From: Bacilli bacterium
GTDB lineage: Bacteria > Bacillota_I > Bacilli_A > RFN20 > UBA1709
DNA length: 64,000 bases
Assembly (NCBI GenBank): GCA_050949315.1
Contig: JBMNFL010000001.1
Span: 768,001 to 832,000 of the forward strand
Direction: 5' to 3'
Shown in pieces: positions 1 through 10,686 of this stretch (positions are counted from its first letter, which is position 1; the number at the start of each line of letters is the position of its first letter). Below the pieces are notes generated by a model. The model had not been told where the DNA came from. It saw only the letters and a program-made list of their open reading frames with translations, and did not search any database. The position numbers and the translations under genes were made by a program.

Positions 1-326
1 GACCTCGCGACCAACTTTATCAGATGATAAACCAAAGAGTGGATTTAATGTTTGAAAAAGGCCTAGAAAAAGAAGCGAGATATGTTTTAGAAAACGCTGA
101 TCCAAAATCAACGGCGCTTCAGGCCATTGGTTATAAAGAGTTTTTGTCTTGTCAGGATAGTGAACTTTGTAAAGAAACTATTAAACTCAATAGCAGGCAT
201 TTAGCTAAAAGGCAACAGACTTGGTTTAATAATCAATTCTCAACCCAATGGATAGATGTTCAAGACAAAAGTCTTGAGGAACTTTTTCAAGAAGTAAATA
301 TTCTTTTAAAGGAGTGGCTGAAATGA
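1..326 (+). CDS. miaA: tRNA dimethylallyltransferase, C-terminal part (5' truncated by window)
   Basis: INQRVDLMFEKGL..E, QAIGYKE and SRHLAKRQQTWF motifs; frame is open back to the window start. Confidence 0.93.
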   Translation, partial: PRDQLYQMINQRVDLMFEKGLEKEARYVLENADPKSTALQAIGYKEFLSCQDSELCKETIKLNSRHLAKRQQTWFNNQFSTQWIDVQDKSLEELFQEVNILLKEWLK

Positions 327-1009
327 ATAGATTTATCAGAAACGAAGCCTTGCTTGGGACAGAACTAAATGAAATATTAATAAATAAAAAAGTTTTAATT
401 GTTGGTTTAGGTGGGGTTGGTGGGTATGCTGCCGAAGCCATCGCTCGTTTAGGTGTTAAAAATCTTATATTGGTTGATTGTGATGTGGTGGAGGAAACAA
501 ACATCAATCGTCAACTTGTCGCTAACACTAGAACCCTAGGTCAAAACAAGGTGGATTTATATATGGAAAGAATCAGAGAAATTAATCCATTAGTTAAAAT
601 AAAAACGCACAAATTATTTATTGATAGCGAAAATATAGATGAAATTTTTAGCGAAGAAATTGATTATATCATCGATGCCGTTGACAATGTTCCAGCCAAA
701 ATATTGCTTCTTAAAAAAAGCGAAGAAAAACAAATACCTATTGTGAGCAGTATGGGGATGGCTAAAAGACTTGATTCAACACAAATAAGGATAGGTGTTT
801 TATCAGAAACACAAAATGATAAAATGGCCAAAAAAATGCGCGAAACGGCTAGAAAGAATGGGCTAAATCTTACTACAATCAAAGTGGTCTATTCGCTTGA
901 ACCGGCAATGGAAGGTCAAAGCAAACCCTTACCTTCAATTGTTACCGTCCCCGCAGCAGCCGGTCTTGCTTGTGCGACGTGTTTTGTTAAAGAATTCCAA
1001 AAAAGATAG
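323..1009 (+). CDS. tcdA: tRNA threonylcarbamoyladenosine dehydratase (ThiF/E1-like)
   Basis: GLGGVGG, D.DVVEETNINRQ, IIDAVD, SSMGMAKRLD; RBS AAGGAG before ATG 323. Confidence 0.88.
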   Translation: MNRFIRNEALLGTELNEILINKKVLIVGLGGVGGYAAEAIARLGVKNLILVDCDVVEETNINRQLVANTRTLGQNKVDLYMERIREINPLVKIKTHKLFIDSENIDEIFSEEIDYIIDAVDNVPAKILLLKKSEEKQIPIVSSMGMAKRLDSTQIRIGVLSETQNDKMAKKMRETARKNGLNLTTIKVVYSLEPAMEGQSKPLPSIVTVPAAAGLACATCFVKEFQKR

Positions 1010-1056
1010 CAAAAAAGGCGAAAAAAGATTAATATATATGTGGGTAGGAGAAACAC

Positions 1057-2352
1057 ATGAAAGAAAAGCTAAAAGCTTATGTTGCAAACACCAATAACAG
1101 AGTATTTATTTTTTTATGCACATATTTATTAGTGCTTTTTGTTTTTGGTCTTTGTGTCACGCCACTTAAAGATATCATTTCGGGCTTGTGGACTATTATA
1201 GAAACACCTGACATTTTGATGACCGATTACTTCAGTATAGCCTCGGTTGGCGCGGCTTTTGTCAATTCGGCCATCTTATCATTTTTAATGATGATGATAA
1301 TTAAGAGGTGTAAGGTTCCCTTTACTGGCGTAACAATCGCCGTTGTGGGGATTGTTTCTGGCTTTGCCTTGTTTGGCAAAAACCTTTCAAATGTTTGGCC
1401 AATTATTATTGGTGCGTTTCTCTATGCAAAAGTAAGAAGAGAAAAGTTTAGCAAATATGTAAACACCGCGATTTTTGGGACAACCATGTCTCCTTTGATT
1501 TCGGAGCTATTTCTACATAAAGGCTGGCCACCAGCTTTGTCGATCTCGCTAGCTTTTGTTGTTGGTCTAGCTATTGGGTTTATTTTGGTTCCTATGGCCA
1601 GTATGACAATGAATATTCACAAAGGATATGTTTTATATAATGTGGGTATTGCAGCAGGTTGTATTTTGGTCTTAGTTGTTGGTATTTTAAATGTATTAGG
1701 TTTTGAATATACCAAACACTTTTATTATTCTTCAGAACACACAACGATGATGTTGATCTTTCTTTTGGCTCTAAGTGTTGCTATGATTTTGATAGGGATA
1801 ATAATTGACAAAAAAGCCTTAATTGATGGAATTAAACTTAGTCAGTATTCGGGCCGTTCAATTACTGATTATGTGTTGCGGGAAGGCTTGCCAGCCACTA
1901 TGGTTAATATGGGTTTGTTAGGTCTTATCTCTACCCTATATGTCTACTTTGTTGGGGCGCCACTTAATGGCGCGACCGTTGGCGCTATTTTAGTAGTTAT
2001 TACTTTTGGAGCACTCGGTAAAAACGTCCGAAATGTTCTTTATATTTATGCTGGAGGCCTAATTGGGCATTTATGTGGTTTTTGGAATTATGCTACCGAT
2101 TGCACGGCAATTGTTGGTATTCTTTTCGCCACAGGAATAGCGCCGCTTGGCGGACAATACGGCTGGTTTGTTGGTATGCTCGCAGGATTTATCCACATCT
2201 TTGTGGTTAAAAATGCCGCGCAGCTACATATGGGGTTAACCCTTTATTCCAACGGCTTTGCCGAATTGTTTGATGCCGTTTTGCTCTTACCAGTAATCGA
2301 AGGCCTACAAGGTGCAGTAAAACGTTTTAGAAGGGAGAAGAAAAATGAATGA
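1057..2352 (+). CDS. DUF1576 family polytopic membrane protein
   Basis: Two internal repeats (TDYF..GAAFVNSA / TDYV..PATMVNMG; GFALFGKN / FGALGKN; HKGYVLYNVG / HMGLTLYSNGF). Confidence 0.85.
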   Translation: MKEKLKAYVANTNNRVFIFLCTYLLVLFVFGLCVTPLKDIISGLWTIIETPDILMTDYFSIASVGAAFVNSAILSFLMMMIIKRCKVPFTGVTIAVVGIVSGFALFGKNLSNVWPIIIGAFLYAKVRREKFSKYVNTAIFGTTMSPLISELFLHKGWPPALSISLAFVVGLAIGFILVPMASMTMNIHKGYVLYNVGIAAGCILVLVVGILNVLGFEYTKHFYYSSEHTTMMLIFLLALSVAMILIGIIIDKKALIDGIKLSQYSGRSITDYVLREGLPATMVNMGLLGLISTLYVYFVGAPLNGATVGAILVVITFGALGKNVRNVLYIYAGGLIGHLCGFWNYATDCTAIVGILFATGIAPLGGQYGWFVGMLAGFIHIFVVKNAAQLHMGLTLYSNGFAELFDAVLLLPVIEGLQGAVKRFRREKKNE

Positions 2353-2704
2353 GGGCCAAAAGAAGATTTTAAAAATCATTGACGCGATGTATTCTTATTG
2401 TGTTTTTGTTGGAGCAACAGATGTGGCTATTCGAACAAGAAAAGAAGGCAATTTTTATATTGTACTTATAGATAGCGATTTTTCCGAACGCTATTTAAAG
2501 AAATATATTAGTAAGTTGGAAAGAATTCTTAATCAACCAAAGGATCCAACAATTGAACAAATGTATTGGAATATGATTGGTAGCAGTAAGTTTCAGGATG
2601 ACAACGATATTTATGTTGTGGGAAGCATGGTTGACACAGCAGAAGTTAAAATTGAAGGGAATCATCTAAACATAGTTCTTACCAAAAAATATGAAGGTAA
2701 ATAA
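2345..2704 (+). CDS. Hypothetical protein coupled to the DUF1576 gene
   Basis: Overlaps the upstream stop; EQMYWNMIG..VGSMVD..EV segment resembles the usual DUF1576 neighbour (from memory). Confidence 0.7.
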   Translation: MNEGQKKILKIIDAMYSYCVFVGATDVAIRTRKEGNFYIVLIDSDFSERYLKKYISKLERILNQPKDPTIEQMYWNMIGSSKFQDDNDIYVVGSMVDTAEVKIEGNHLNIVLTKKYEGK

Positions 2705-2723
2705 GATTTAGTCCATTTTAATT

Positions 2724-3467
2724 ATGAAAAGAAGATATTCTCCAACCAAAGATAATAACAAGTTGCCAAGAGGACACCTTGCTTACCTTTTGGCGTATAT
2801 CTTTTTTTGGCTTAAAGGGCCGCGTTATAAAGTAGAGTATCACGAACAAATGTCTAGTGACGAATATCGTGTTATTATCAGCAACCATTGTCAAATTTAT
2901 GGTCCTGTTGCCTATTGTTTGAGTTTGAGTCGCAAAATGCGCATTTGGGGAACCCATGAAATGCTTTATATAAAAGAGTTTCCAGATTATGCTATGAAAG
3001 ATTTTTTCCCTAACACCAAACACCCCAAACTCATGCGTTTTGTTTGTAAAACCTTAGCACCCCTAGTAACTTGGGTTTGTCGAGGGGCCCCCTTTATACC
3101 GGTATATAGAGATACCCGCATCATGACGACCTTACATAAAAGTCTTGAAAGTTTAGAAGATGGGAAAATGGTTGTCATCTTAGCGGAAGAACCAAGGCGT
3201 TATGATAAATATGTCAACGAATTAAATGAAGGCTTTGTTAATTTGGCAACTTATGTTTATCGTCAAAGCGGAAAAGAAATAATCTTTCATCCAGCTTATG
3301 TGGCCCCCAAACTTGGGCGCATAGTCATTGGGGAAGGAATTAAATATTTCCCAGAAATGGAAAATAATAATCAAAAAAAAGAATTAGTGTTGCGAATTCG
3401 TGACGAAATCAGTAGACTAGGAGCATCTCTACCAGAACACAAAGTGATTAATTTCCACGACTATTAA
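2724..3467 (+). CDS. PlsC-like glycerolipid acyltransferase
   Basis: ISNH motif, FIPVYR, VVILAE, GFVNLA and PAY blocks. Confidence 0.7.
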   Translation: MKRRYSPTKDNNKLPRGHLAYLLAYIFFWLKGPRYKVEYHEQMSSDEYRVIISNHCQIYGPVAYCLSLSRKMRIWGTHEMLYIKEFPDYAMKDFFPNTKHPKLMRFVCKTLAPLVTWVCRGAPFIPVYRDTRIMTTLHKSLESLEDGKMVVILAEEPRRYDKYVNELNEGFVNLATYVYRQSGKEIIFHPAYVAPKLGRIVIGEGIKYFPEMENNNQKKELVLRIRDEISRLGASLPEHKVINFHDY

Positions 3468-3532
3468 AAGTAATGATTTTTAAGTAAAGGTATGGTATGA
3501 TGTTTAGTGCAAATAAAACGGAGGAATAAATT

Positions 3533-4273
3533 ATGAGCGAAGAACAAAAAGAAAACAAAACTGAAAATATAGATTCAAAAGAGCAAAAAGAGGTTGTTGA
3601 GGCTGAACTAGTTGAGGCCGAAGTTGTGAGCCCCAAAGAAGTCCAAGAACCAATAGAGGTTGAGGAAGTAAGCGATCCGGGAATCACAAGAACAATGAAC
3701 ATTTCAGAAGCGACCTATGTTGAGTTTTTCAACCGCAACGGTATGAGAGGACAATTAAAAACTTCAATCTATTTAATTATTGTTGTTTGGATTGTTTTAT
3801 ATTTATTAAGAGGCGAAATGACCGTTCAACAATATCTTTTAAATGGCGCCATCTATACCGCAGCCTTTTTAGCTATCTCTATTGGGGTCACCTTTTTAAC
3901 TTCAAGAGTTTTAGTTAGAAGGAACTATAAAAAGTCAAATCTAGGTAGTTTACAAATTGAAGTTAGGTTTAACAACCAAGGAATCACCCAATCAATTCAA
4001 GATCAGTCGGCGCGCACCAGCTGGGAAGAAATTAGTAAAGTTGACGAAACAGACATCTCTTTATTTTTCTATTCAGGAAGAAGAGCCATTATCCTTTCCA
4101 AAGATCAACTGCAGTTCGGCGACATTGATTTTATTAGAGGTTTAGCTAAGTCTCATCTTGGTGAAGACGCTTATCATGTTGTCGGCGCCAAGAAAACAGC
4201 CGATAGCTGTAGCGCCCACACTTTTAAAGAAGATAAAAAAGATCATAAAGATTATGATGACGAAATAAAATAA
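3533..4273 (+). CDS. YcxB-like membrane protein
   Basis: Acidic N-terminal tail, 2 TM helices, FNNQGI..SWEEISKVDET..FFY domain; RBS GGAGG. Confidence 0.7.
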   Translation: MSEEQKENKTENIDSKEQKEVVEAELVEAEVVSPKEVQEPIEVEEVSDPGITRTMNISEATYVEFFNRNGMRGQLKTSIYLIIVVWIVLYLLRGEMTVQQYLLNGAIYTAAFLAISIGVTFLTSRVLVRRNYKKSNLGSLQIEVRFNNQGITQSIQDQSARTSWEEISKVDETDISLFFYSGRRAIILSKDQLQFGDIDFIRGLAKSHLGEDAYHVVGAKKTADSCSAHTFKEDKKDHKDYDDEIK

Positions 4274-4275
4274 AA

Positions 4276-4890
4276 TTAAGTTTTTCGTGAAAATTTACAG
4301 CCACAAAAGAGTTGCTGGTACAAATCATATTTTTTAGTTAAGGCGAGTCCAAGTTCTTGGCCGCCTTTTTTCTTGAAATTATGAACGATAAATTTAGTCC
4401 AAGGATATTTAGTTTGAAAACTCAAACCAAGTTGATTAACCATCTGTTCGTCTTTTTGACGACTCATGCTCATTGTTGAAGTAAAGTAGTCAAAGTGATT
4501 AATAAAAGCATAGTGAAAGGCGTCTTTCATTCGTAAGGCGATACAATAACGACAACGTAAGCCGCCTTCACGGTCAAAGGCGCGTTTTTCAAGTTTTTGG
4601 CTATATTCTTCACCGGTATAAGGACATTTAATAAGTTTAATCTCGTTTTCGCTTTGTTTATTTAAAATATCAATATACTTTTTAAGATTAATAAAGCGTT
4701 TTTCATATTCTTCTAAAGGATAGATATTAGAATTATTGTAATAAACGGTAATATTAAAAATCTTGTTTAATAACTGCAAGGGATAAGTTGAGCAAGGACC
4801 ACAACAGGCGTGCAAAAGCAAACTTGGCCTAAAGGGCAAGCGCCTAACTTGTTCTAATAATTCTTCGCCTAATTTGTAACTTTTAATCAT
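4276..4890 (-). CDS. queH: Epoxyqueuosine reductase QueH (DUF208)
   Basis: LLLHACCGPCS, NSNIYP..EY.KR, EGGLRC..C, YQQLFCGCKFS. Confidence 0.93.
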   Translation of the reverse strand: MIKSYKLGEELLEQVRRLPFRPSLLLHACCGPCSTYPLQLLNKIFNITVYYNNSNIYPLEEYEKRFINLKKYIDILNKQSENEIKLIKCPYTGEEYSQKLEKRAFDREGGLRCRYCIALRMKDAFHYAFINHFDYFTSTMSMSRQKDEQMVNQLGLSFQTKYPWTKFIVHNFKKKGGQELGLALTKKYDLYQQLFCGCKFSRKT

Positions 4891-5912
4891 AAAATTAACA
4901 TACTATCGCCAAACGAGAAAAAGCGATACCTTTCTTTGACGGCTTCTAAATAAGCTTGTTTAGTAAATTCTTGTCCTGCAAAAGCCGATACTAACATAAT
5001 AAGGGTAGATTTTGGTAAATGAAAATTGGTAACAAGCGCGGTAATGGTTTTAAACTGATAACCAGGATAAATAAAGATATTAGTTCTACTGCTTTCGCTT
5101 TGAAAATGACCAAATTTATTAAAATTCGCTTCTAAAGTTCGAACAGATGTTGTTCCAACAGCAATAATTCTTCGTTTTTCTTTGTAAGCCTTATTTAAGG
5201 AAGCGACAGCTTGTTCATCAATAAAATAATATTCTTCATGCATGTTGTGTTTTTCAATTTCTTCTTCATCAACGGGACGAAAGGTTCCTAAACCCACATG
5301 CAAGGTAATATCTACAATTTCTACGCCTTTGTTTTTAAGTTGAATAAAGATTTCTTCGTTAAAGTGAAAACCGGCGGTTGGGGCGGCGGCGCTACCATTA
5401 ATTTTGGCATAAATGGTTTGATAACGCTCTTTGTCTTCTAGTTTCTTTTTGATATATGGCGGCAGCGGCATTTGGCCAAGTTTATCAAGCAGTTCATAGA
5501 AAATTCCTTGGTAAGACATTTTAAATAAGCGGATACCCTCGTCTTTAACTTCTAAGCACTCAGCCTTTAAAAGACCATTAGAAAACTCAACAACTGTCCC
5601 TAGCTTAATTACTCTAGCATTACCCACTAAACACTCCCAAATATCTTCGCTTGTTTGTCTTAAAAGCAAGACCTCAACTTTAGCACCAGTTTCTTTTTTG
5701 ATACCAAATAAGCGGGCGGGGATTACCCGGGTGTTATTTCTAACCAAAACATCGCCCTTTTTAAAATATTCAATAATATCTTTGAAGTGCCGGTGTTCAA
5801 TAGAAGCCTCCTGGCGTTTTAAAACTAAAAGCCGCGAGGAAGAACGGTCCAGCAAGGGGCTTTGAGCAATCAATTCTTTTGGTAAGTAATAATCAAAATC
5901 ATCAGTGCGCAT
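4887..5912 (-). CDS. queA: S-adenosylmethionine:tRNA ribosyltransferase-isomerase
   Basis: DFDYYLPKELIAQ, MPLPPYI, GSAAAPTAG.HF, TNFHLPKSTL, YRFFSFGD. Confidence 0.97.
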   Translation of the reverse strand: MRTDDFDYYLPKELIAQSPLLDRSSSRLLVLKRQEASIEHRHFKDIIEYFKKGDVLVRNNTRVIPARLFGIKKETGAKVEVLLLRQTSEDIWECLVGNARVIKLGTVVEFSNGLLKAECLEVKDEGIRLFKMSYQGIFYELLDKLGQMPLPPYIKKKLEDKERYQTIYAKINGSAAAPTAGFHFNEEIFIQLKNKGVEIVDITLHVGLGTFRPVDEEEIEKHNMHEEYYFIDEQAVASLNKAYKEKRRIIAVGTTSVRTLEANFNKFGHFQSESSRTNIFIYPGYQFKTITALVTNFHLPKSTLIMLVSAFAGQEFTKQAYLEAVKERYRFFSFGDSMLIL

Positions 5913-5913
5913 T

Positions 5914-7122
<1,209 letters not shown>

Positions 7123-7156
7123 CTAATATTTACGTATTTAAAAGGTGGAAAGAAAA

Positions 7157-7522
7157 ATGATAAATGAAAAATCAATGATTCAAATCGCTTATGAAATCTT
7201 AAAAAAGAAAAAGAAGCCTTTAGCTTTTAACAAATTATGGGAAGAGGTCTGTAAGGCCGCCAAAATAGAAAAAAGCGCAATTGAAGAACTCATTTCCTCG
7301 TTCTATACAGATCTAACGCTAGATGGGAGAATTGTAACTTTGGGCGAAAACGTCTGGGATTTACGCGAAAGAAACACCTATGATAAAGTTCATATCGACA
7401 TGAACGAAGTCTATGCGATTGATGAAGAGGAAGAAAAAGACGAAGATGATGAAAAAGAACTCGGCGAAGAAGAAATCGATGAAGAAGAAGAGGAAGAAGA
7501 TGAAGACAGCGATAATTATTAA
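7157..7522 (+). CDS. rpoE: RNA polymerase delta subunit
   Basis: FYTDLTLDGR..LGENVWDLR plus acidic C-terminal tail. Confidence 0.93.
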   Translation: MINEKSMIQIAYEILKKKKKPLAFNKLWEEVCKAAKIEKSAIEELISSFYTDLTLDGRIVTLGENVWDLRERNTYDKVHIDMNEVYAIDEEEEKDEDDEKELGEEEIDEEEEEEDEDSDNY

Positions 7523-7552
7523 TAAAAAAACATTTTGAGAAGAGGTGGGGAA

Positions 7553-9256
7553 ATGTTGAAATTTAGTGAATATGTTTATGAAGAACTCAATATTGAAGAA
7601 ATTGAGCAAGAAATTAGGGCTTTAATTATTAAACTAAAGGAAGCCAAAAAACCAAGAGAAGTTTATAAAAATATAGATGCCATTACCGAGGTTAGAATTA
7701 AAGTTGAAACCAACTTTAGTTTGGGCAACGTGCGTTTTACTTTAAATACTGCTGATGAGTATTATGTTAAACAAATGGATTTCCTTGATGAAATTTCACC
7801 GCGTTATGAGGCCTTAGTCAATGAGTTTTATCAAGTCTTATTAGAGAGTCCTTTTAAAGAACAGATTGATAAACACTACGGTCCGGTTTTATTAAAATGC
7901 GCCGAAGTGAGTTTAAAAGCCTTTGATCCCAAAATCATGCCCGAGTTAATTGAAGATAATAAATTAAAGAGCCGTTATAGCAAACTTTTAGCTGGGGCTA
8001 AAATTAGATTTAAAGGTAAAACTTATAATCTCTCAGCAATGGGCAAATTTTTATCGGATACCGATCGCCGAACAAGAGCGGCAGCCAGTAAGGCTTACTA
8101 TAAGTGGTTCGCAGAAAATTTATCAGAGCTTGATGAAATATATGATAAGATGGTTCATTTACGCGACACCATGGCTAAAAAACTTGGTTACAAGAATTAT
8201 GTAGAACTAGGTTATTTAAGGCTAGGACGCGTTGATTATGGTCCTGAAGAAGTCAAGGCTTATCGAGATCAGGTCTACCACGATTTAGTCCCGTTTACAA
8301 AAAAACTTTTTAGAAAGCAGGCTAAGCGTTTAGGAATTAAGGGTATTAAATACTATGATTACCCTCTTAAATTCTTAAGTGGTAATGCTAGACCCATAGG
8401 CGATAAAGATTACTTAGTTAACGTTGCTAAAAAGATGTACGAAGAAATGTCTCCTGAAACTGGCGAATTTTTCAATTTTATGTTAGATTGTGAACTCTTA
8501 GATTTAGATACACGACCAAATAAAGCCGGCGGTGGCTATACTACAACCTTCCCCGCCTATCGGGCGCCTTTTATTTTTGCAAACTTTAATGGCACCAGTG
8601 GCGATGTTGATGTTTTAACTCATGAAGCAGGCCACGCGTTTATGGCTTATCAATGTCGCGACTTTAAACTTTTAGAAACAGTTTGGCCAACCTACGAGGC
8701 CTGTGAAATTCATTCAATGAGCATGGAGTTTTTCGCTTATCCTTGGACCGAGGGCTTCTTTGGTGAGGCAAACGACAAATACCACTTCTCACACGTAGAA
8801 GGTGAAATAACCTTTATTCCTTATGGTGTAGCGGTAGACGAGTTCCAAGAATATATTTATGAAAATCCTAACATCAGCCCAGTTGAAAGAAGAGCCAAAT
8901 GGCGGGAAATCGAAAAGAAATATTTACCACATTTAAAATATACTGGGAACGAGTTTTTAGAAAACGGTGGTTTTTGGATGAGACAACGCCACATCTATGA
9001 AAGCCCCTTCTACTATATTGATTACACCATTGCACAAGTTCTAGCTTTTCAGTTTTTCAATCTTGATCGTTTAAACCACCAGGATGCCTGGGAACGTTAT
9101 TTGGCCTTGTGTAACTTAGGGGGCAGCAAAAGTTTTCTCTCATTGCTTAAAGATCGGCGCGTTCGCCTCGTCTCTCCCTTTAAAAAAGGCTGTATTAAAA
9201 GGGTCGTTAAACCCTTAAAAGAATACTTAACTCAATTTGACGATAGCACGATGTAA
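7553..9256 (+). CDS. M3 family oligoendopeptidase
   Basis: HEAGH zinc motif, EIHSMSMEF, PFYYIDY. Confidence 0.92.
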   Translation: MLKFSEYVYEELNIEEIEQEIRALIIKLKEAKKPREVYKNIDAITEVRIKVETNFSLGNVRFTLNTADEYYVKQMDFLDEISPRYEALVNEFYQVLLESPFKEQIDKHYGPVLLKCAEVSLKAFDPKIMPELIEDNKLKSRYSKLLAGAKIRFKGKTYNLSAMGKFLSDTDRRTRAAASKAYYKWFAENLSELDEIYDKMVHLRDTMAKKLGYKNYVELGYLRLGRVDYGPEEVKAYRDQVYHDLVPFTKKLFRKQAKRLGIKGIKYYDYPLKFLSGNARPIGDKDYLVNVAKKMYEEMSPETGEFFNFMLDCELLDLDTRPNKAGGGYTTTFPAYRAPFIFANFNGTSGDVDVLTHEAGHAFMAYQCRDFKLLETVWPTYEACEIHSMSMEFFAYPWTEGFFGEANDKYHFSHVEGEITFIPYGVAVDEFQEYIYENPNISPVERRAKWREIEKKYLPHLKYTGNEFLENGGFWMRQRHIYESPFYYIDYTIAQVLAFQFFNLDRLNHQDAWERYLALCNLGGSKSFLSLLKDRRVRLVSPFKKGCIKRVVKPLKEYLTQFDDSTM

Positions 9257-9290
9257 AAAAATGGAACCAACTAAATGGTTCCATTTAATT
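9255..9290. terminator. Bidirectional intrinsic terminator
   Basis: AAATGGAACCA/TGGTTCCATTT stem between convergent genes, with A/T tails. Confidence 0.8.
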
Positions 9291-10633
9291 TATTTATCAA
9301 AAGCTCCGTTTTTCGAGTGTGGAAGTATGGCGTTAAGAATAATACCAACAATCATTGATAAAGCCGCGGTTGAGAATTTACCTTGGCTACCAATCATAAT
9401 AACCGCCCCACCAAGACCGATGACTAACATAACTGAAATAATAATCAAGTTTCTAGTTTCGGTCATGTCAACTTTAGAATCAACCAAGGTCTTTAGGCCG
9501 TTAGCAGCGATAAAACCATAGAGGATTAAACAAACTCCGCCCATTACTGGACCAGGGATTGTTCCAATCAAAGTGTCAAAAAGATTAAAGAAAGATAATA
9601 GAATAGCAATTACAGCAGCACCGCCGGTGACCCAGACAGAGCCAACTCTTGTGATGCCGACAACCGAAGTATTTTCGCCGTAGCTAGTATTGGCTGGACC
9701 ACCAATAAGACCAGCGAAAGAAGTTGCTAAACCATCGCCGAGTAAGGTCCGGTGTAGGCCAGGATCAACCATATAATCTTTACCGGTAATTCTTCCTAAT
9801 ACTTGGTGATCGCCAAGGTGTTCGGAGATCGTAGCGAAAGCTAGAGGAATGACGCTGACTGTGGCTGCGAAATTAAATTTAACCACTGAAAGACCAAGCC
9901 CTATATCTCTGTTTTCGAAACCCAAGAACACAAACTTCGGTAAAGAGAACCATTGGGCAGGATCTTTTGCGACATTAACAAAGCCTTCAAGAAGGTTAAC
10001 ATCACCATTCATAAACAATCCTTGACCACCACAGAAATAGACGATTAAGGATAGAATATAACCGGCAACAATTCCAAGCAAGAAGGGGATAACTTGGAAG
10101 AATCCTTTTGCTCTAATCGCCAGAAAAGCAACAACGAGCATGGTAAAAACAGCGACCACTATTGAATACCAACTCCCGCCTTCAATGAGGCCAGATTGAG
10201 CGACGGCCACACTTGATAAGGATAAACCAATAACCATAATCATTGGGCCGATAACAATAGGGGGTAGAAGCTTTTTAAGCCAGCCGGTTCCAACTAACTT
10301 AATAACTAAGGCGACAATACAGTAAATAATACCTACAATAACAATACCAGTTAAAGCTGCCCCAAAATCACCTGTCATCGCCGCTGCTGCAATGATGTAG
10401 GAGATGTAGGCAAAGCTTGAACCTAAATAGATGGGAACCTTTCCTTTAGTACAAAGGATGTAGATTAAAGTTCCAACACCTGAAGAAAAGAGCGCTACAG
10501 AAATCGGTAGACCTGTAAGCATGGGGACTAGAACGGTAGCCGAGAACATGGCAAAGACATGCTGGAAAGACAGCAACAGCCATAATCCCTTTTTGGGCTT
10601 TTCGTTGTAGTCAAATAATAGTTTTTTGTCCAT
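9290..10633 (-). CDS. pyrP: Uracil permease (NCS2, UraA/PyrP)
   Basis: SFQHVFAMF, YLGSSFA, EHLGD, GLHRTLLGDG, PANTSYGEN. Confidence 0.88.
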   Translation of the reverse strand: MDKKLLFDYNEKPKKGLWLLLSFQHVFAMFSATVLVPMLTGLPISVALFSSGVGTLIYILCTKGKVPIYLGSSFAYISYIIAAAAMTGDFGAALTGIVIVGIIYCIVALVIKLVGTGWLKKLLPPIVIGPMIMVIGLSLSSVAVAQSGLIEGGSWYSIVVAVFTMLVVAFLAIRAKGFFQVIPFLLGIVAGYILSLIVYFCGGQGLFMNGDVNLLEGFVNVAKDPAQWFSLPKFVFLGFENRDIGLGLSVVKFNFAATVSVIPLAFATISEHLGDHQVLGRITGKDYMVDPGLHRTLLGDGLATSFAGLIGGPANTSYGENTSVVGITRVGSVWVTGGAAVIAILLSFFNLFDTLIGTIPGPVMGGVCLILYGFIAANGLKTLVDSKVDMTETRNLIIISVMLVIGLGGAVIMIGSQGKFSTAALSMIVGIILNAILPHSKNGAFDK

Positions 10634-10656
10634 ATAGAGACCTCCTTAAATCTATA

Positions 10657-10685
10657 TAAAAATAAAGGGCTGAAAGCCCTTTATA
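10657..10685 (-). terminator. Intrinsic terminator after the purine permease
   Basis: Minus strand ATAAAGGGC-TTTCA-GCCCTTTAT followed by TTTT. Confidence 0.7.
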
Positions 10686-10686
10686 A

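Noticed and set aside
7420-7510. GAAGAA/GAT low-complexity repeats
   Set aside because: Simply encode the acidic tail of RNA polymerase delta.
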